A DNA stretch of 64,000 nucleotides from the NCBI GenBank assembly GCA_963724765.1, contig CAVRVY010000003.1, positions 96,001 through 160,000 on the forward strand, in the 5' to 3' direction. The position numbers and the translations under genes were made by a program. The stretch is from an uncultured delta proteobacterium. Its GTDB lineage: Bacteria; Desulfobacterota; Binatia; Binatales; Binataceae. The notes beneath the pieces were generated by a model, which was not told the origin of the DNA, ran no database searches, and saw only the letters and a list, made by a program, of their open reading frames with translations. Of the stretch, positions 42,608 through 52,535 are shown piece by piece (positions within the stretch are counted from its first letter, which is position 1; every line of letters starts with the position of its first letter).

Positions 42608-43246
42608 CTATGCTGCCGGCCGCTGGCCCGTACCACGGAGGTTATAGGCCATCAATAGCAAGTCGTGGCAACGACCTTCGCGATCTTCTGCCCAGTCTGG
42701 CAGCAGCGCTTCCACATGAAAGCCCAGCCTCTCGAACAGCGCCCGGGCGCTTTTATGGTCCGCCACCATCTGCACGGTGATTTTTCTAAGGTCCAAAATG
42801 CCGGCCAGGGCCACAATCTCCGCGCAGAGCCCCTCTCCGAGGCCCCTGGATTGCCACTCGGGTGCTATGTTGATCTGAATCTCGCCGACCTTTCGCGTCC
42901 ATCGAAGCGGGTTCACGTGGAGGCTGGCGTAACCCGACAACGTGCCGTCAGGCTCGGCCAAAAGAGTGACCGTGGCGCCCTTCTCGATACTCTTTATCCA
43001 CTCGTCCACGTTCGCCGGGTGCGTGATATCACTGCGCAGAAAGAGCAGGTCTTCCTGGGGAAGGCTATACGCGAACTGGAGCATTGCGGCCTTGTCTGCC
43101 GCACCCATCAGCCGCAGCGAAACTGGCCGGACCTGAGGCTGGCCACCCGGCCTTACGCGCAAAAACGAGGGCCCTGCTGGCACTTGGCCTTCGTCCAACT
43201 CAATATTTTTAGGATAGCGCTGGCTGATCTCCGGTTTCGTACCCAT
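42608..43246 (-). CDS. GNAT N-acetyltransferase
   Basis: PEWQSRGLG acetyl-CoA loop, ARALFERLGF. Confidence 0.85.
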   Translation of the reverse strand: MGTKPEISQRYPKNIELDEGQVPAGPSFLRVRPGGQPQVRPVSLRLMGAADKAAMLQFAYSLPQEDLLFLRSDITHPANVDEWIKSIEKGATVTLLAEPDGTLSGYASLHVNPLRWTRKVGEIQINIAPEWQSRGLGEGLCAEIVALAGILDLRKITVQMVADHKSARALFERLGFHVEALLPDWAEDREGRCHDLLLMAYNLRGTGQRPAA

Positions 43247-43579
43247 AAGGTTGAGACCTCCTTGGTCGCGATAACAATTCGCTCCCGCCGAGGCTGCGTG
43301 GCACGAGAGTCAGGCAGCTTTGAATCCAGGCGCAAACCTTGATGCAGCTTGGCACAAACACAAGATAGCAGATGGCGTCACCAACGCCCAAGCCATGATG
43401 CAGCGGTCGCCGGTCTTTGCAGGCAGAGCACAGGTTCCTAACGAGCGAACTGGCGCTTGGAGGAATCCGAGACAACCAGCGTCTCACGGGGGCCCCTTGC
43501 AAGATTCCGATTCCGTGTCTCACCCCTCTTGGGACCGTAACGTCGCGGCTGGCGCGAGCCCGTGGAAAGCTCGCGAGGC

Positions 43580-43705
43580 AATGAAAGACTCCTGGTCGAA
43601 GGCATGGTGGCTGAGGCCGTTAAGCAGGGCAAGCTCTGGCTCACAACAGGACAAGCCAGCATTCTTGCCGAAGAAATTCCGGCGGGACTTTCACTGACGA
43701 CGCGC
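43580..43705 (+). pseudogene. Possible collapsed C-terminal remnant of a serine recombinase
   Basis: AEAVKQGKLW..TGQASI..IPAGLSLT loosely echoes the C-term of 31639-33327; same position relative to the att-like core. Confidence 0.3.
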
Positions 43706-43748
43706 GCGCGGACTTCGAGCAATTCTCCGAGAAGTACAAAAACTGATG

Positions 43749-43788
43749 GACTATGGTGGATGACACAGTCTGCTGCGAACCATTCTCC
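43749..43788. other. Putative att core, copy 2 (inverted relative to copy 1)
   Basis: gactatggtggatgacacagtctgctgcgaaccattctcc vs the reverse complement of copy 1, gactgtgtggcggatgatgcagtctgatgcgaaccagtctcc. Confidence 0.6.
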
Positions 43789-43795
43789 GCGGGCA

Positions 43796-43991
43796 AATTC
43801 CCTGATCAGCAGGAAAAAACAGGGAATTCCCTCGATTTTAGCCCGAACCTGAGCCTCCGGGCAGGGAAAAGGCCTTGATCCACTGCAGGTTTTTGAACGA
43901 ATTCCCTACTCCAGCGAACAGGGAATTTTCAAAGCCTCACAGGGAATTAAATGGGTGCATCAGGGAATTTCTTGGAGCGGTTTAGGGAAAA
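43796..43991. repeat. Array of AATTCCCT/CAGGGAATT boxes, copy 2
   Basis: Boxes at 43796, 43820, 43862, 43900, 43919, 43940, 43961 and 43983; the last four are spaced 21, 21 and 22 bp. Confidence 0.9.
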
Positions 43992-44428
43992 CCGTATTCA
44001 AGCTTCTTCGTGGGCGAAGAGTACAGCCCCGAGGGTCTAGACTCCTCCAGCATCACGGGAGGTCCCGCTTCCTGGCTGCCGAAATCTTAACTTACAATTC
44101 GAATCCGATAGGTCACCTGGAAGCATGACGCGAGCGGCATCTACCAGGCAGGAAACCGCGCGCATAGGAAACAGGTTCCCATCTACGGCGTAGAGCCGCC
44201 GAGAGAAGCAATGGCAACACTGGAAGGTCCATGATGCCGAGAAGATTCTTGCTATTCTTCCCATTCCTAATCGGGTGTCGAGCCTTGCACCCCGCACCGT
44301 TTAGGCGGGGTGGATCTTGCAAACGTCCTCGCACCGCCACCGTCTCTCGATTCCGCCAATTTCCCAACCCAAGCCGGTCGATGGTCTGCTAGGTGCCCGT
44401 TGTCCCAAACGATCGATAACGGCAGGAT

Positions 44429-45301
44429 CTATGCTGTGTTTGTCCGCCTCGCTGTTAACTTCCGCGCGCGTCGACGTGCCTGTGCTTCCCGCCAAGCGGC
44501 CCTGATACCACAGGCGTTGCAATAGGCATTTCTGTTCGAATTGGGCCGCCGAGAGGGTGCGAAGAGCTTTCCACAACTGGAGCAGACCGCAATGCCGGCC
44601 GAGCGCGTCACCGCGAGCATGATCTGCATTGCCAGCGCGCCCGGTAAGGGCGGCGCACCGCCGATCCGGATTTCAAAGCGCTTGCGCCGCGGATTGTAAG
44701 AGACCCGCGGGCGCACCTGAAAAAAACGCAGCCACAGTTCCATTCCATAGGCGACGAAGGACGCGGGGTCGCGCCGCGCAGCCCTCAGGCGCGGCGCCGA
44801 AAACAAAAGCTGCGGGTTGAGCCGGGCCAGGGTTAGGTCATCGACTCGGCCCTTGGAGAGCTGGGCCGCCGTGTTGAGCAGCGCGCGGGCGTGGCCTGCA
44901 AGATTGCGCCACCACTGAAGCGCCTCACGCACAGCGGTTTGACCGGCGCCGGTGGTGCAAACGGCCGCAGCGCAGCCCTCGGGACGAAGGCGGTGGCTGG
45001 GATCGCCATGCTCGCAGAAACCGAACCGGCCGTACCGGCGAGCGTAATCGAGAATGCGCTCGGCCGGGGCCTCGTCGAGCTTGACGAATTCGGTAAGCAC
45101 GCCGGCGGCCGCCTCGACTTTGCGAAATTGGAGCACGCGTCTGCCGCGTCTCAAAGTACGTATCGGATAGCGAAAAAGCAGCCATTGACCGTCGAGCTCG
45201 ACCTCAGGGGCAGCGGACCAATTAGGCACCGCTGCTGGGCGATCCACCCGTCCTTCGTCGTCGCCGAGAGCCACCCAGTCCCACCACTCTAGTTTTGTCA
45301 T
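44429..45301 (-). CDS. Hypothetical protein with CGNR-like Zn finger, paralog of 30136-31014
   Basis: Long identical stretches (AVREALQWWRNLAGHARALLN, FVAYGMELWLRFFQVRPR); CSSCG...YCNACG. Confidence 0.87.
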   Translation of the reverse strand: MTKLEWWDWVALGDDEGRVDRPAAVPNWSAAPEVELDGQWLLFRYPIRTLRRGRRVLQFRKVEAAAGVLTEFVKLDEAPAERILDYARRYGRFGFCEHGDPSHRLRPEGCAAAVCTTGAGQTAVREALQWWRNLAGHARALLNTAAQLSKGRVDDLTLARLNPQLLFSAPRLRAARRDPASFVAYGMELWLRFFQVRPRVSYNPRRKRFEIRIGGAPPLPGALAMQIMLAVTRSAGIAVCSSCGKLFAPSRRPNSNRNAYCNACGIRAAWREAQARRRARKLTARRTNTA

Positions 45302-45415
45302 AGTCGAATCATCTTAAAAAATTTCACCGACGAACGCCAAGTCAATAGGATCGCTAAAAGTGCAGCGCGGGCGACCACTTCGTCCGACGAGATTTGGGAG
45401 GGTTGAAACCCACTC

Positions 45416-46792
45416 ATGCAGAAACAAGGCGACAGGCGACTTTCCACAAGCTCAGTAGACCAGGCCCGAGGCCGGGTCCAGGTAACTTATCGTCGGCTTT
45501 CCGAGCTCAGGCTCGATCCCAACAACCCGCGGACACATAGCCAAAAGCAGATCCGCCAAATCGCCCACAGTATCCAAACCTTCGGCTTCAACGTCCCGAT
45601 TTTGGTCGATTCCAAGGGCAAAGTGATCGCCGGTCACGGCCGCGTCATGGCCTGTCAGCAGTTAGGCTGGACCGAGGTTCCAACCATCACTCTCGAGCAT
45701 TTGAGCGAAGCGCAAGCTAAGGCATTCATGATTGCCGATAACCGACTGACCGAGAACTCGACTTGGGACGACCGCCTTCTGGCCGAGCAACTGAAGGAGC
45801 TCTCGGCAATCGAGCTCAACTTCAATCTCGAGGCCATCGGCTTCGAGACCGCTGAGATCGATTTGCGCATCGAGAGTCTGAGGGCGGATAGCGACCAACG
45901 AGAGGATCCCGCGGACCTCCTTACAGCCATACCGGCCGAGCCGCCAGTGAGTCGACCAGGCGATCTCCTTCTGCTAGGCAGGCATCGGGTGTACTGCGGC
46001 AGCGCGCTCGAGCAAGCCTCCTACACCGCCCTGATGAGGGAGGAACAGGGCGCGATGGTGTTCACCGACCCACCGTATAACGTCGCCATCAAGGGCAACG
46101 TTAGCGGTCTCGGCGCCATTCGCCACCGCGACTTCGCGATGGCCTCAGGCGAGATGGACGAGGCTCAATACGCCGCTTTCCTCACCCACGCCTGCTCGCT
46201 GCTTGCCCTCCACAGCGCAGATGGCGCGCTGCACTTCATCTTTATGGATTGGCGGCACATCGGTGAGCTACTTGCGGCGGGTCGGAGCGTGTACGCGGAC
46301 CTGAAGGGCATGTGTGTCTGGGTCAAAAACCATACCGGTATGGGAGCGTTCTATCGCAGCCGCCACGAGCTGGTCTTCGTCTTCAAGCACGGCCGTGGGT
46401 CCCACCGCAACAACGTCCTACTAGGCAAATATGGCCGCGATCGCACCAACGTATGGAGTTACCCGAGCCCTCGCACGCCCAGCGAAGAAGGCAACCTGCT
46501 TGCGTTGCATCCCACGGTGAAGCCGGTGCGGCTGGTCGCCGATGCCATCCTGGACTGCACCGCGCGCGGCGACATCGTGGTCGATGCCTTCCTCGGCAGC
46601 GGCACCACCGTCATCGCCGCCGAACGTGTGGGCCGGCACTGCTACGGACTCGAGCTCGACCCAATCTACGTCGACACGATCGTGAGGCGCTGGCAAGCCT
46701 ATACGGGCGAGGCCGCCCGCGATGCATCAAGCGGGAGATCATTCAACGAGTTGGAAGCCGAGCGAACGGAGGAGGTGCGCAATGTCCGCTGA
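45416..46792 (+). CDS. ParB-N domain + N6/N4 DNA methyltransferase
   Basis: IAGHGR, IADNRL, TDPPY, HPTVKP, DAFLGSGTT; paralog of 28606-30006. Confidence 0.93.
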   Translation: MQKQGDRRLSTSSVDQARGRVQVTYRRLSELRLDPNNPRTHSQKQIRQIAHSIQTFGFNVPILVDSKGKVIAGHGRVMACQQLGWTEVPTITLEHLSEAQAKAFMIADNRLTENSTWDDRLLAEQLKELSAIELNFNLEAIGFETAEIDLRIESLRADSDQREDPADLLTAIPAEPPVSRPGDLLLLGRHRVYCGSALEQASYTALMREEQGAMVFTDPPYNVAIKGNVSGLGAIRHRDFAMASGEMDEAQYAAFLTHACSLLALHSADGALHFIFMDWRHIGELLAAGRSVYADLKGMCVWVKNHTGMGAFYRSRHELVFVFKHGRGSHRNNVLLGKYGRDRTNVWSYPSPRTPSEEGNLLALHPTVKPVRLVADAILDCTARGDIVVDAFLGSGTTVIAAERVGRHCYGLELDPIYVDTIVRRWQAYTGEAARDASSGRSFNELEAERTEEVRNVR

Positions 46793-47129
46793 AATGGGCT
46801 ACGGGAAGCCGCCGCGGGCGACTCGGTTCCGCAAAGGTCAATCGGGGAACCCCAGGGGCCGGCCGCGCGGCTCAAGAAGTTTCGCGAGCCTGATGGAGGA
46901 GGCGCTCGCCGAGCCGGTAATAATAAATGAGAACGGGCGACGGAAGAAAGCAACAAAGCTGCAAGCGATCGTTAAACAGCTGGTGAATAAAGCTGCTCAA
47001 GGTGATCATCGCTCGATTCAACTTTTGATGGCATTCACTGAGCGACAACAACTGTTAGGCAAAGACGGAAAGCCCATAACAATAGTTGAGCTGCTTTCCG
47101 CGATAGGTCCAATTTCTGATGAAGACTGA
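46782..47129 (+). CDS. DUF5681 protein (terminase small subunit-like)
   Basis: GYGKPPRATRFRKGQSGNPRGRPRG, KQLVNKAAQGD. Confidence 0.85.
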   Translation: MSAEMGYGKPPRATRFRKGQSGNPRGRPRGSRSFASLMEEALAEPVIINENGRRKKATKLQAIVKQLVNKAAQGDHRSIQLLMAFTERQQLLGKDGKPITIVELLSAIGPISDED

Positions 47130-48741
47130 AAAGCACGAACTCTCCCCTCAACAGAAGACGTTGGCACGTAGGGTGGTCACCGACCCCGTGCTGTTCGGCA
47201 CCAATGTCCTCGGCGCTCAGCTCTGGGAACAACAGATTGAAATACTGCATTCAATCCAGAACTGTCGACGAACCGTCATAAGATCCTGCCATGGCGTGGG
47301 CAAGACTTACGCCTTGGCCGTGGCCGCACTTTGGTGGTTAGCGCGCTACCCTGACGGAATTGTTCTGACTACCTCATCGACCTTCCGCCAGGTCAAAACC
47401 CAGTTGTGGTCAGAGATTCATCGCCTCATTGCGCAGGCGAGGGTTCACTATCCCGAACTCAAAAGTACGGAGCTCAGGCTGCGTGACGACAGCAACTTCG
47501 CTTTGGGTTTCTCGACCGACCGATCTGCAAACTTTCAGGGGTATCATGGCAAGCATGTCCTGATCATCGCGGACGAGGCGCCGGGGATCGAGTCCGGCGT
47601 TTGGGACGCGATTGCGGGTACCATGGCTGGCGGCAAAGTGCATATCGTGATGGCCGGAAATCCCACTCTACCATCGGGTGCCTTCTATGACGCGTTCACG
47701 CGAGAACGGGAACTATGGAATTGTATTACTATCGACGCATTCGACTCGCCGAACTTAAAAGACATCGGGCTCGACGAGCTTCTGCAGATGGATCCAGCGG
47801 AGGGCGGACTCTTGGACCAGAATCCGATGCCTTACCTGGTGACCAAACGCTGGGTTTTCGATCAGTATAGGGCATGGTGGCATGGCGACGAACGCAGCTC
47901 GCCCAACTGGGTCTCGCGCGTGCGCGGCCAATTCCCCGACCAGGCACAGAACGCTCTCGTGAAACTGCGCTGGTTGGAGCGCGCCAAGGAGCGCGTTCTT
48001 CGCACTCCGGTGCAAGATAAGGCGGCCAGCCTGGTAGCCGGAGTGGACGTTGGCGGCGGAGAAGCGGAAACGGTCGTTTATGTCTGCGAGTCCAAGCCGC
48101 ACGACTTCAAGATCATCGCCATGGGGGCGTGGCGCTGCGAGGACACGCGCGGCGACGTGGTCCGGTTCTTGGCCTCGTACCGCGGACGCCTTCGTTCCGT
48201 TCGAGTTGATGCGATCGGGATGGGTCACAACTTTGGCCTGCATCTCAGGGACGAGAGATTTCCGGTCGAGCTGGTCAACGTCGGCATGGCATGTGAGAGT
48301 CGTCCGGAATGGCCCGAGAACGATCCTGCCGGGCGATTCGTGAATCTAAAGGCACAGTACTATCAGGAGCTGGCCGATGCGTTCGAGCGCAACGAGGTAC
48401 AGGGTTTGAGAGACGATGTGACTATAGACCAACTGACCGGCATCTTGTACGAAGTTGATTCTCACGGAAGAATTAAGATCGAAAGCAAGGAAAGCGCCCG
48501 GGCGCGCGGAATTCCCTCGCCCGATCGCGCCGAGGCGCTCATGCTCGCGCTTTGCAAACCGCCGCAGAAATACGAATGGTACTCGATCCGCGATTTTCCA
48601 CGTTTGAGGTCGGGTTCTGCCCAGAGGCTGGGTGATCAATGTGGAGGATTAGCATATATGGGCTTCAGAGAGGTCCCCCATGACCCTGCGGAGGACATAC
48701 CGCTGAGAGGGAGATGGCCGCGCGGCTGGGAGGTATTCTGA
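47119..48741 (+). CDS. Phage terminase large subunit (different subfamily from 26544-28097)
   Basis: RSCHGVGKT Walker A, IIADEAPG Walker B, AGNP, AGVDVG, SPDRAEAL nuclease motif. Confidence 0.92.
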   Translation: MKTEKHELSPQQKTLARRVVTDPVLFGTNVLGAQLWEQQIEILHSIQNCRRTVIRSCHGVGKTYALAVAALWWLARYPDGIVLTTSSTFRQVKTQLWSEIHRLIAQARVHYPELKSTELRLRDDSNFALGFSTDRSANFQGYHGKHVLIIADEAPGIESGVWDAIAGTMAGGKVHIVMAGNPTLPSGAFYDAFTRERELWNCITIDAFDSPNLKDIGLDELLQMDPAEGGLLDQNPMPYLVTKRWVFDQYRAWWHGDERSSPNWVSRVRGQFPDQAQNALVKLRWLERAKERVLRTPVQDKAASLVAGVDVGGGEAETVVYVCESKPHDFKIIAMGAWRCEDTRGDVVRFLASYRGRLRSVRVDAIGMGHNFGLHLRDERFPVELVNVGMACESRPEWPENDPAGRFVNLKAQYYQELADAFERNEVQGLRDDVTIDQLTGILYEVDSHGRIKIESKESARARGIPSPDRAEALMLALCKPPQKYEWYSIRDFPRLRSGSAQRLGDQCGGLAYMGFREVPHDPAEDIPLRGRWPRGWEVF

Positions 48742-48975
48742 GATCTGAGTTTGGGCTTGTCTCTACTGAAAACTCCGAAAGCATTGAAAAGTCTGGCGAT
48801 TCACCCTGGCCCGCCGTTGTGTGGGTACGTGGGGAGAACTGTGTTCTCAGAAGAACCGGATTCGTTTGTCGTGAGCCTCCCTTTAGGTATAAATCTTTTC
48901 AAGATCGGAAAGTTATTGCACGTGCCACACAACCGTGTCCGAATCGGACGGCCATAAACCCAACGGAGTTCATTC

Positions 48976-49158
48976 ATGGACGCCTATCTGGATCGTATCG
49001 CTCCTGAGAAATTAACGGTCCTCTGCGCAAGCGGGTTTTTCCTCGACGATAGAAGGCTGACATTTATCGACGAATACGGGGCGGAGCTTTCTATCGAAGA
49101 GGTCGAGGAAAACAACGTACGCTGGCTGAAGCGCCGGATCGGTGAGGTCGGACACTGA
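48976..49158 (+). CDS. Small hypothetical protein
   Basis: 60-aa ORF with ggag RBS. Confidence 0.35.
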   Translation: MDAYLDRIAPEKLTVLCASGFFLDDRRLTFIDEYGAELSIEEVEENNVRWLKRRIGEVGH

Positions 49159-49299
49159 TAGGCTGCTGCCGGAGTCTTTTCAGGAACGCGCAAGCGTTAA
49201 AGCGGCGTGCGTAAAGTCCGCGCGTGGCAAGTCGAACACTCGTCCACATCTACATCACGAACTCGAAGGGAACACGAAATTAGTAATCTGTTTCGACGA

Positions 49300-51112
49300 T
49301 CATTTCGTAACGGGGGCGGTGAGGCCGGCGCCATCCTCGAGTGCTGCTTCATGGTCCAAGCTCGAGCCGAGCCTAAGCACCCGCGTGTGAAATTTTCGGA
49401 GGCTCGGCCGGTGGCCAAGACTGACGACGGTCGTCGGCATCCGCGCGAGCCTCGCATACAGGAGTTCCTCGTTTCCCGGATCGAGCGCGCTGGTCGCTTC
49501 GTCGAGGAACGCATAGCGCGGACGGTTGAACAGAAGCCGCGCGAAAGCTAGCCGCTGCAGCTCGCCGGCGGAAAGCACGTCCACCCAATGCATCTCGGCG
49601 TCCAGTCCGCCGAATCGCGCCGGCAGATCGGCCAGATTCACCTCCTTCAGCGCCTCGAGTTGTTCCTCTTCGGTGGCGTCCTCCGCGCTCGGGTAGCGGA
49701 GCTGATCGCGCAGTGATCCGAGGATCATGTACGGGCGCTGCGGCAGGAACATGATCTGGTCCAGCGGTGGACGCTCGATACGTCCGCTGCCGAAGTCCCA
49801 AAGTCCGGCGACCGCGCGCATCAACGAGGTCTTGCCCACGCCGCTCGGACCCATGACCAGCAGCGCGTCGCCCTCGTTAACCGCCGTTGAAAGCCCGTCG
49901 AGCAGCGTCCGCGACCGATCCGGCGTCATCAGCGTCAGGTTTTTAAGCGCAAGGCGTCCGTCCTCGACCACCTCGATCCGCTCCGCGCCGTCGGGTTCGG
50001 GAGCATCAGTCTTCTCGCATTCTTTCTTGAACGTCGCGAGACGGTTGACCACCGACGCATAGTCAGTGAGGCTTTGGAAACGGTCGATCACCAGTGACAG
50101 AGAGCTTTGAAGCACCGCGAACGCGTAAGCGGCCTGGGTGAATTCACCCAACTTGAAATGCCCGGAAAAGTACGCGCCTGCGAGGACGAAATAAGGCACG
50201 AGATTCGCCGCGTCGTCATAGGATTCGGTGAAGAAGGTGAGATGGCGCTGCCACAGAATCAACAATTTGAAGTTGCGCAGCACGCGCGCAAAGTGGCTGC
50301 TCAACTGACGCGCCTCGTCGCGGGTGCCTTGATAGAGCGCGATCTGTTCGGCGTTGTCGCGTGCGTGCACGAGCGCGAAGCGGTAATCAGCCTCGTAGCG
50401 TTGCTGATCGAAATTGATCAGCACGAGGCGCCTGCCGATTATGACCGTCAGCCAGGTACCGACGGCAGCGTAGCCGACCAAGCACACTGCCAACCCATGA
50501 CGAGATCGACCACAGGATTCCGAAAAACGTTGCGGCGGTGACGAGCGCGCTCAGCATTACCATCGAGTAGGTCAGCGCGCCGGTCGTGAAGCTGTTGATA
50601 TCCTCACTGATTCGCTGGTCGGGATTGTCGACGGAGCGATCGCGCATGATGCGGTAGAGCGCGTTCTTGTGCAAGCTAAGCCGGACGAACCGCTCGGTCA
50701 TCCAGTCGCGCCATTCGATCCCCAGCAGCCCGGTCAGGTAGGGATGAAAAGCTGCGATGGGCACGAAGATAACGATCCATACGACATACAGAAGCATCAA
50801 GTGATAAAAGTGCGCAGCATCCTTGGCCTGCAGCGAGTTCATCACATCGCGCGAGACATAGCTGAAGATGGCTCGCATCCCGGTCGTGCCCAGGCTCAAA
50901 GCCACCACGATCGCTAGTAGCCCGAGAGCCCGGGCCCGCTTTTCGGAGGTCCAGTAGGGCCTCACCAGGCTCCAGAGCCCCTTCCAAAACACACGGTCGA
51001 ACTTGCCCACCGCTGCCTCCGATTCACCCGCAGCAATTCCAGTAGGGGCTTCATAGAACGGCGCCGAGCCGGCGCTTGCGAGGCTGCTGAACCGTCGAAT
51101 GATTCTGCGGAC
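49300..51112 (-). pseudogene. YddA/BacA-like fused ABC transporter, frameshifted; 5' end abuts an IS
   Basis: [37 protein letters not shown]; frameshift in a GGG run near 50495. Confidence 0.85.
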
Positions 51113-52328
51113 TGTGCTCCGCAAAAATTAGCGGCGTGACTTGAAACGGGAAAAATAGCAGCCAAAGTGAAAGGAGAAGATCGAAGACGAAGGACATCGG
51201 TGCATCATGAATTTCTGCGCGTGCTGGCTGAACTTGTTTGCCGATTTGCTCCGCTTCCTGTTTCTCGGGTTACGATCCAGAAGCTCGCTCGCGGCCGAGA
51301 ATCTGTTTCCTGCGCAAACAGCTCGGTTTCTACCAGGAGCGCAGAATCAAGCCCTGCCGGATCTCCCATCCAACGCGTTTGACCCTGCTGTGGCTCAGCC
51401 GCTGGTTCGATTGGCGCGGCGCTCTAACCGTCGTGACGCCGAGGACCTTCATCGGTTGGCACCGCCAGGGCTTCCGGTTTTACTGGCGCCGGAAGTGCCA
51501 AGCTGGCCGACCGCCGATTCCGCTGGAGCTCCAACATTTGATTCGCCGGATGGCGCGCGAGAATCCCTCGTGGGGTGAGGAGCGCATTGCAAACGAATTG
51601 CTGCTGAAGCTCGGCCTGCGCGTGTCGCCGCGCACGATCCGGAAGTATCTGCCAAAGTCGCCGGCCCCGCCCGGTGGCAACCCGCGCCACGATCAGCGCT
51701 GGTCCACCTTTCTGAAGAATCACGCGGCGGCCATCATCCCCTGTGACTTCTACGTCGTCGCGAGCGCGACTTTCCGGTTGTTTTACGTGTTGGTGGTCAT
51801 GGAACACGCTTCGCGCCGAATTATTCACCTTAACGTGACCGCGCATCCAACCGCCGCCTGGACCCTCCAGCAGCTGCGTGAGGCCATCCCGTCAGACCAC
51901 GCGTATCGATTTATCCTCCACGACCGCGACGCAATCTTCTCCCCCGGATTCGATGAGTCGCTCGCGCACCTCGACCTTGAGATCATCACAACGCCCGTGC
52001 GGAGCCCGCAAGCGAATGCACTCTGCGAAAGACTCATCGGGAACCTTCGGCGGGAGTGCCTCGATTGGATTATTCCGTTGACCGAGGACCATCTGCGACG
52101 AACCCTGTGGTCGTGGCTACCGCATTACAATCGCGGCCGGCCACACACATCGTTAGGACCCGGCTTTCCCGTTCCGCGTCAGCATTGCCCCGTGCAGGTG
52201 CAACGCCAGCGGCATCGCTTCGACCGGCCCAGCCGCGTCGTGGCGCACCCCGTCTTGAACGGACTTCACCATGAGTACAGCCTCTCGGCCCGCGCTGCAT
52301 GACGATCGTGGTGTTTTTGCGGACCACA
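51113..52328 (+). mobile_element. rve-integrase-type IS with IRs; transposase (~51207-52302) frameshifted near 51310
   Basis: IRs tgtgctccgcaaaaa / tttttgcggaccaca; ENPSWGEERI, CDF, HDRDAIF, ERLIGNLRRECLD. Confidence 0.85.
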
Positions 52329-52535
52329 ACTTGCGCAGAGCTTCCCTAGATGGGTGCATGAGGCTCTGGTGATGGAGTTGCTGCATCTCGATCGGCTGTC
52401 GCAAGCCAGCCGGAAAATCGGGTCGGGAACAACGCAATCCCGAGTGAGTTCGAACAGATGCGCGGAAATGGACCAGTCATCAGGCACTGTGTCTTTTGGC
52501 GCCACAGATCCTATCGCCATCACTCTCGATAATTG

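Noticed and set aside
43796-43991. CAGGGAATT arrays as CRISPR
   Set aside because: The 9-bp boxes with ~12-bp spacers in mixed orientation are far too short, and there are no cas genes
26544-48741. Complete prophage
   Set aside because: No portal, capsid, tail or lysis genes; the interior is metabolic cargo and IS debris
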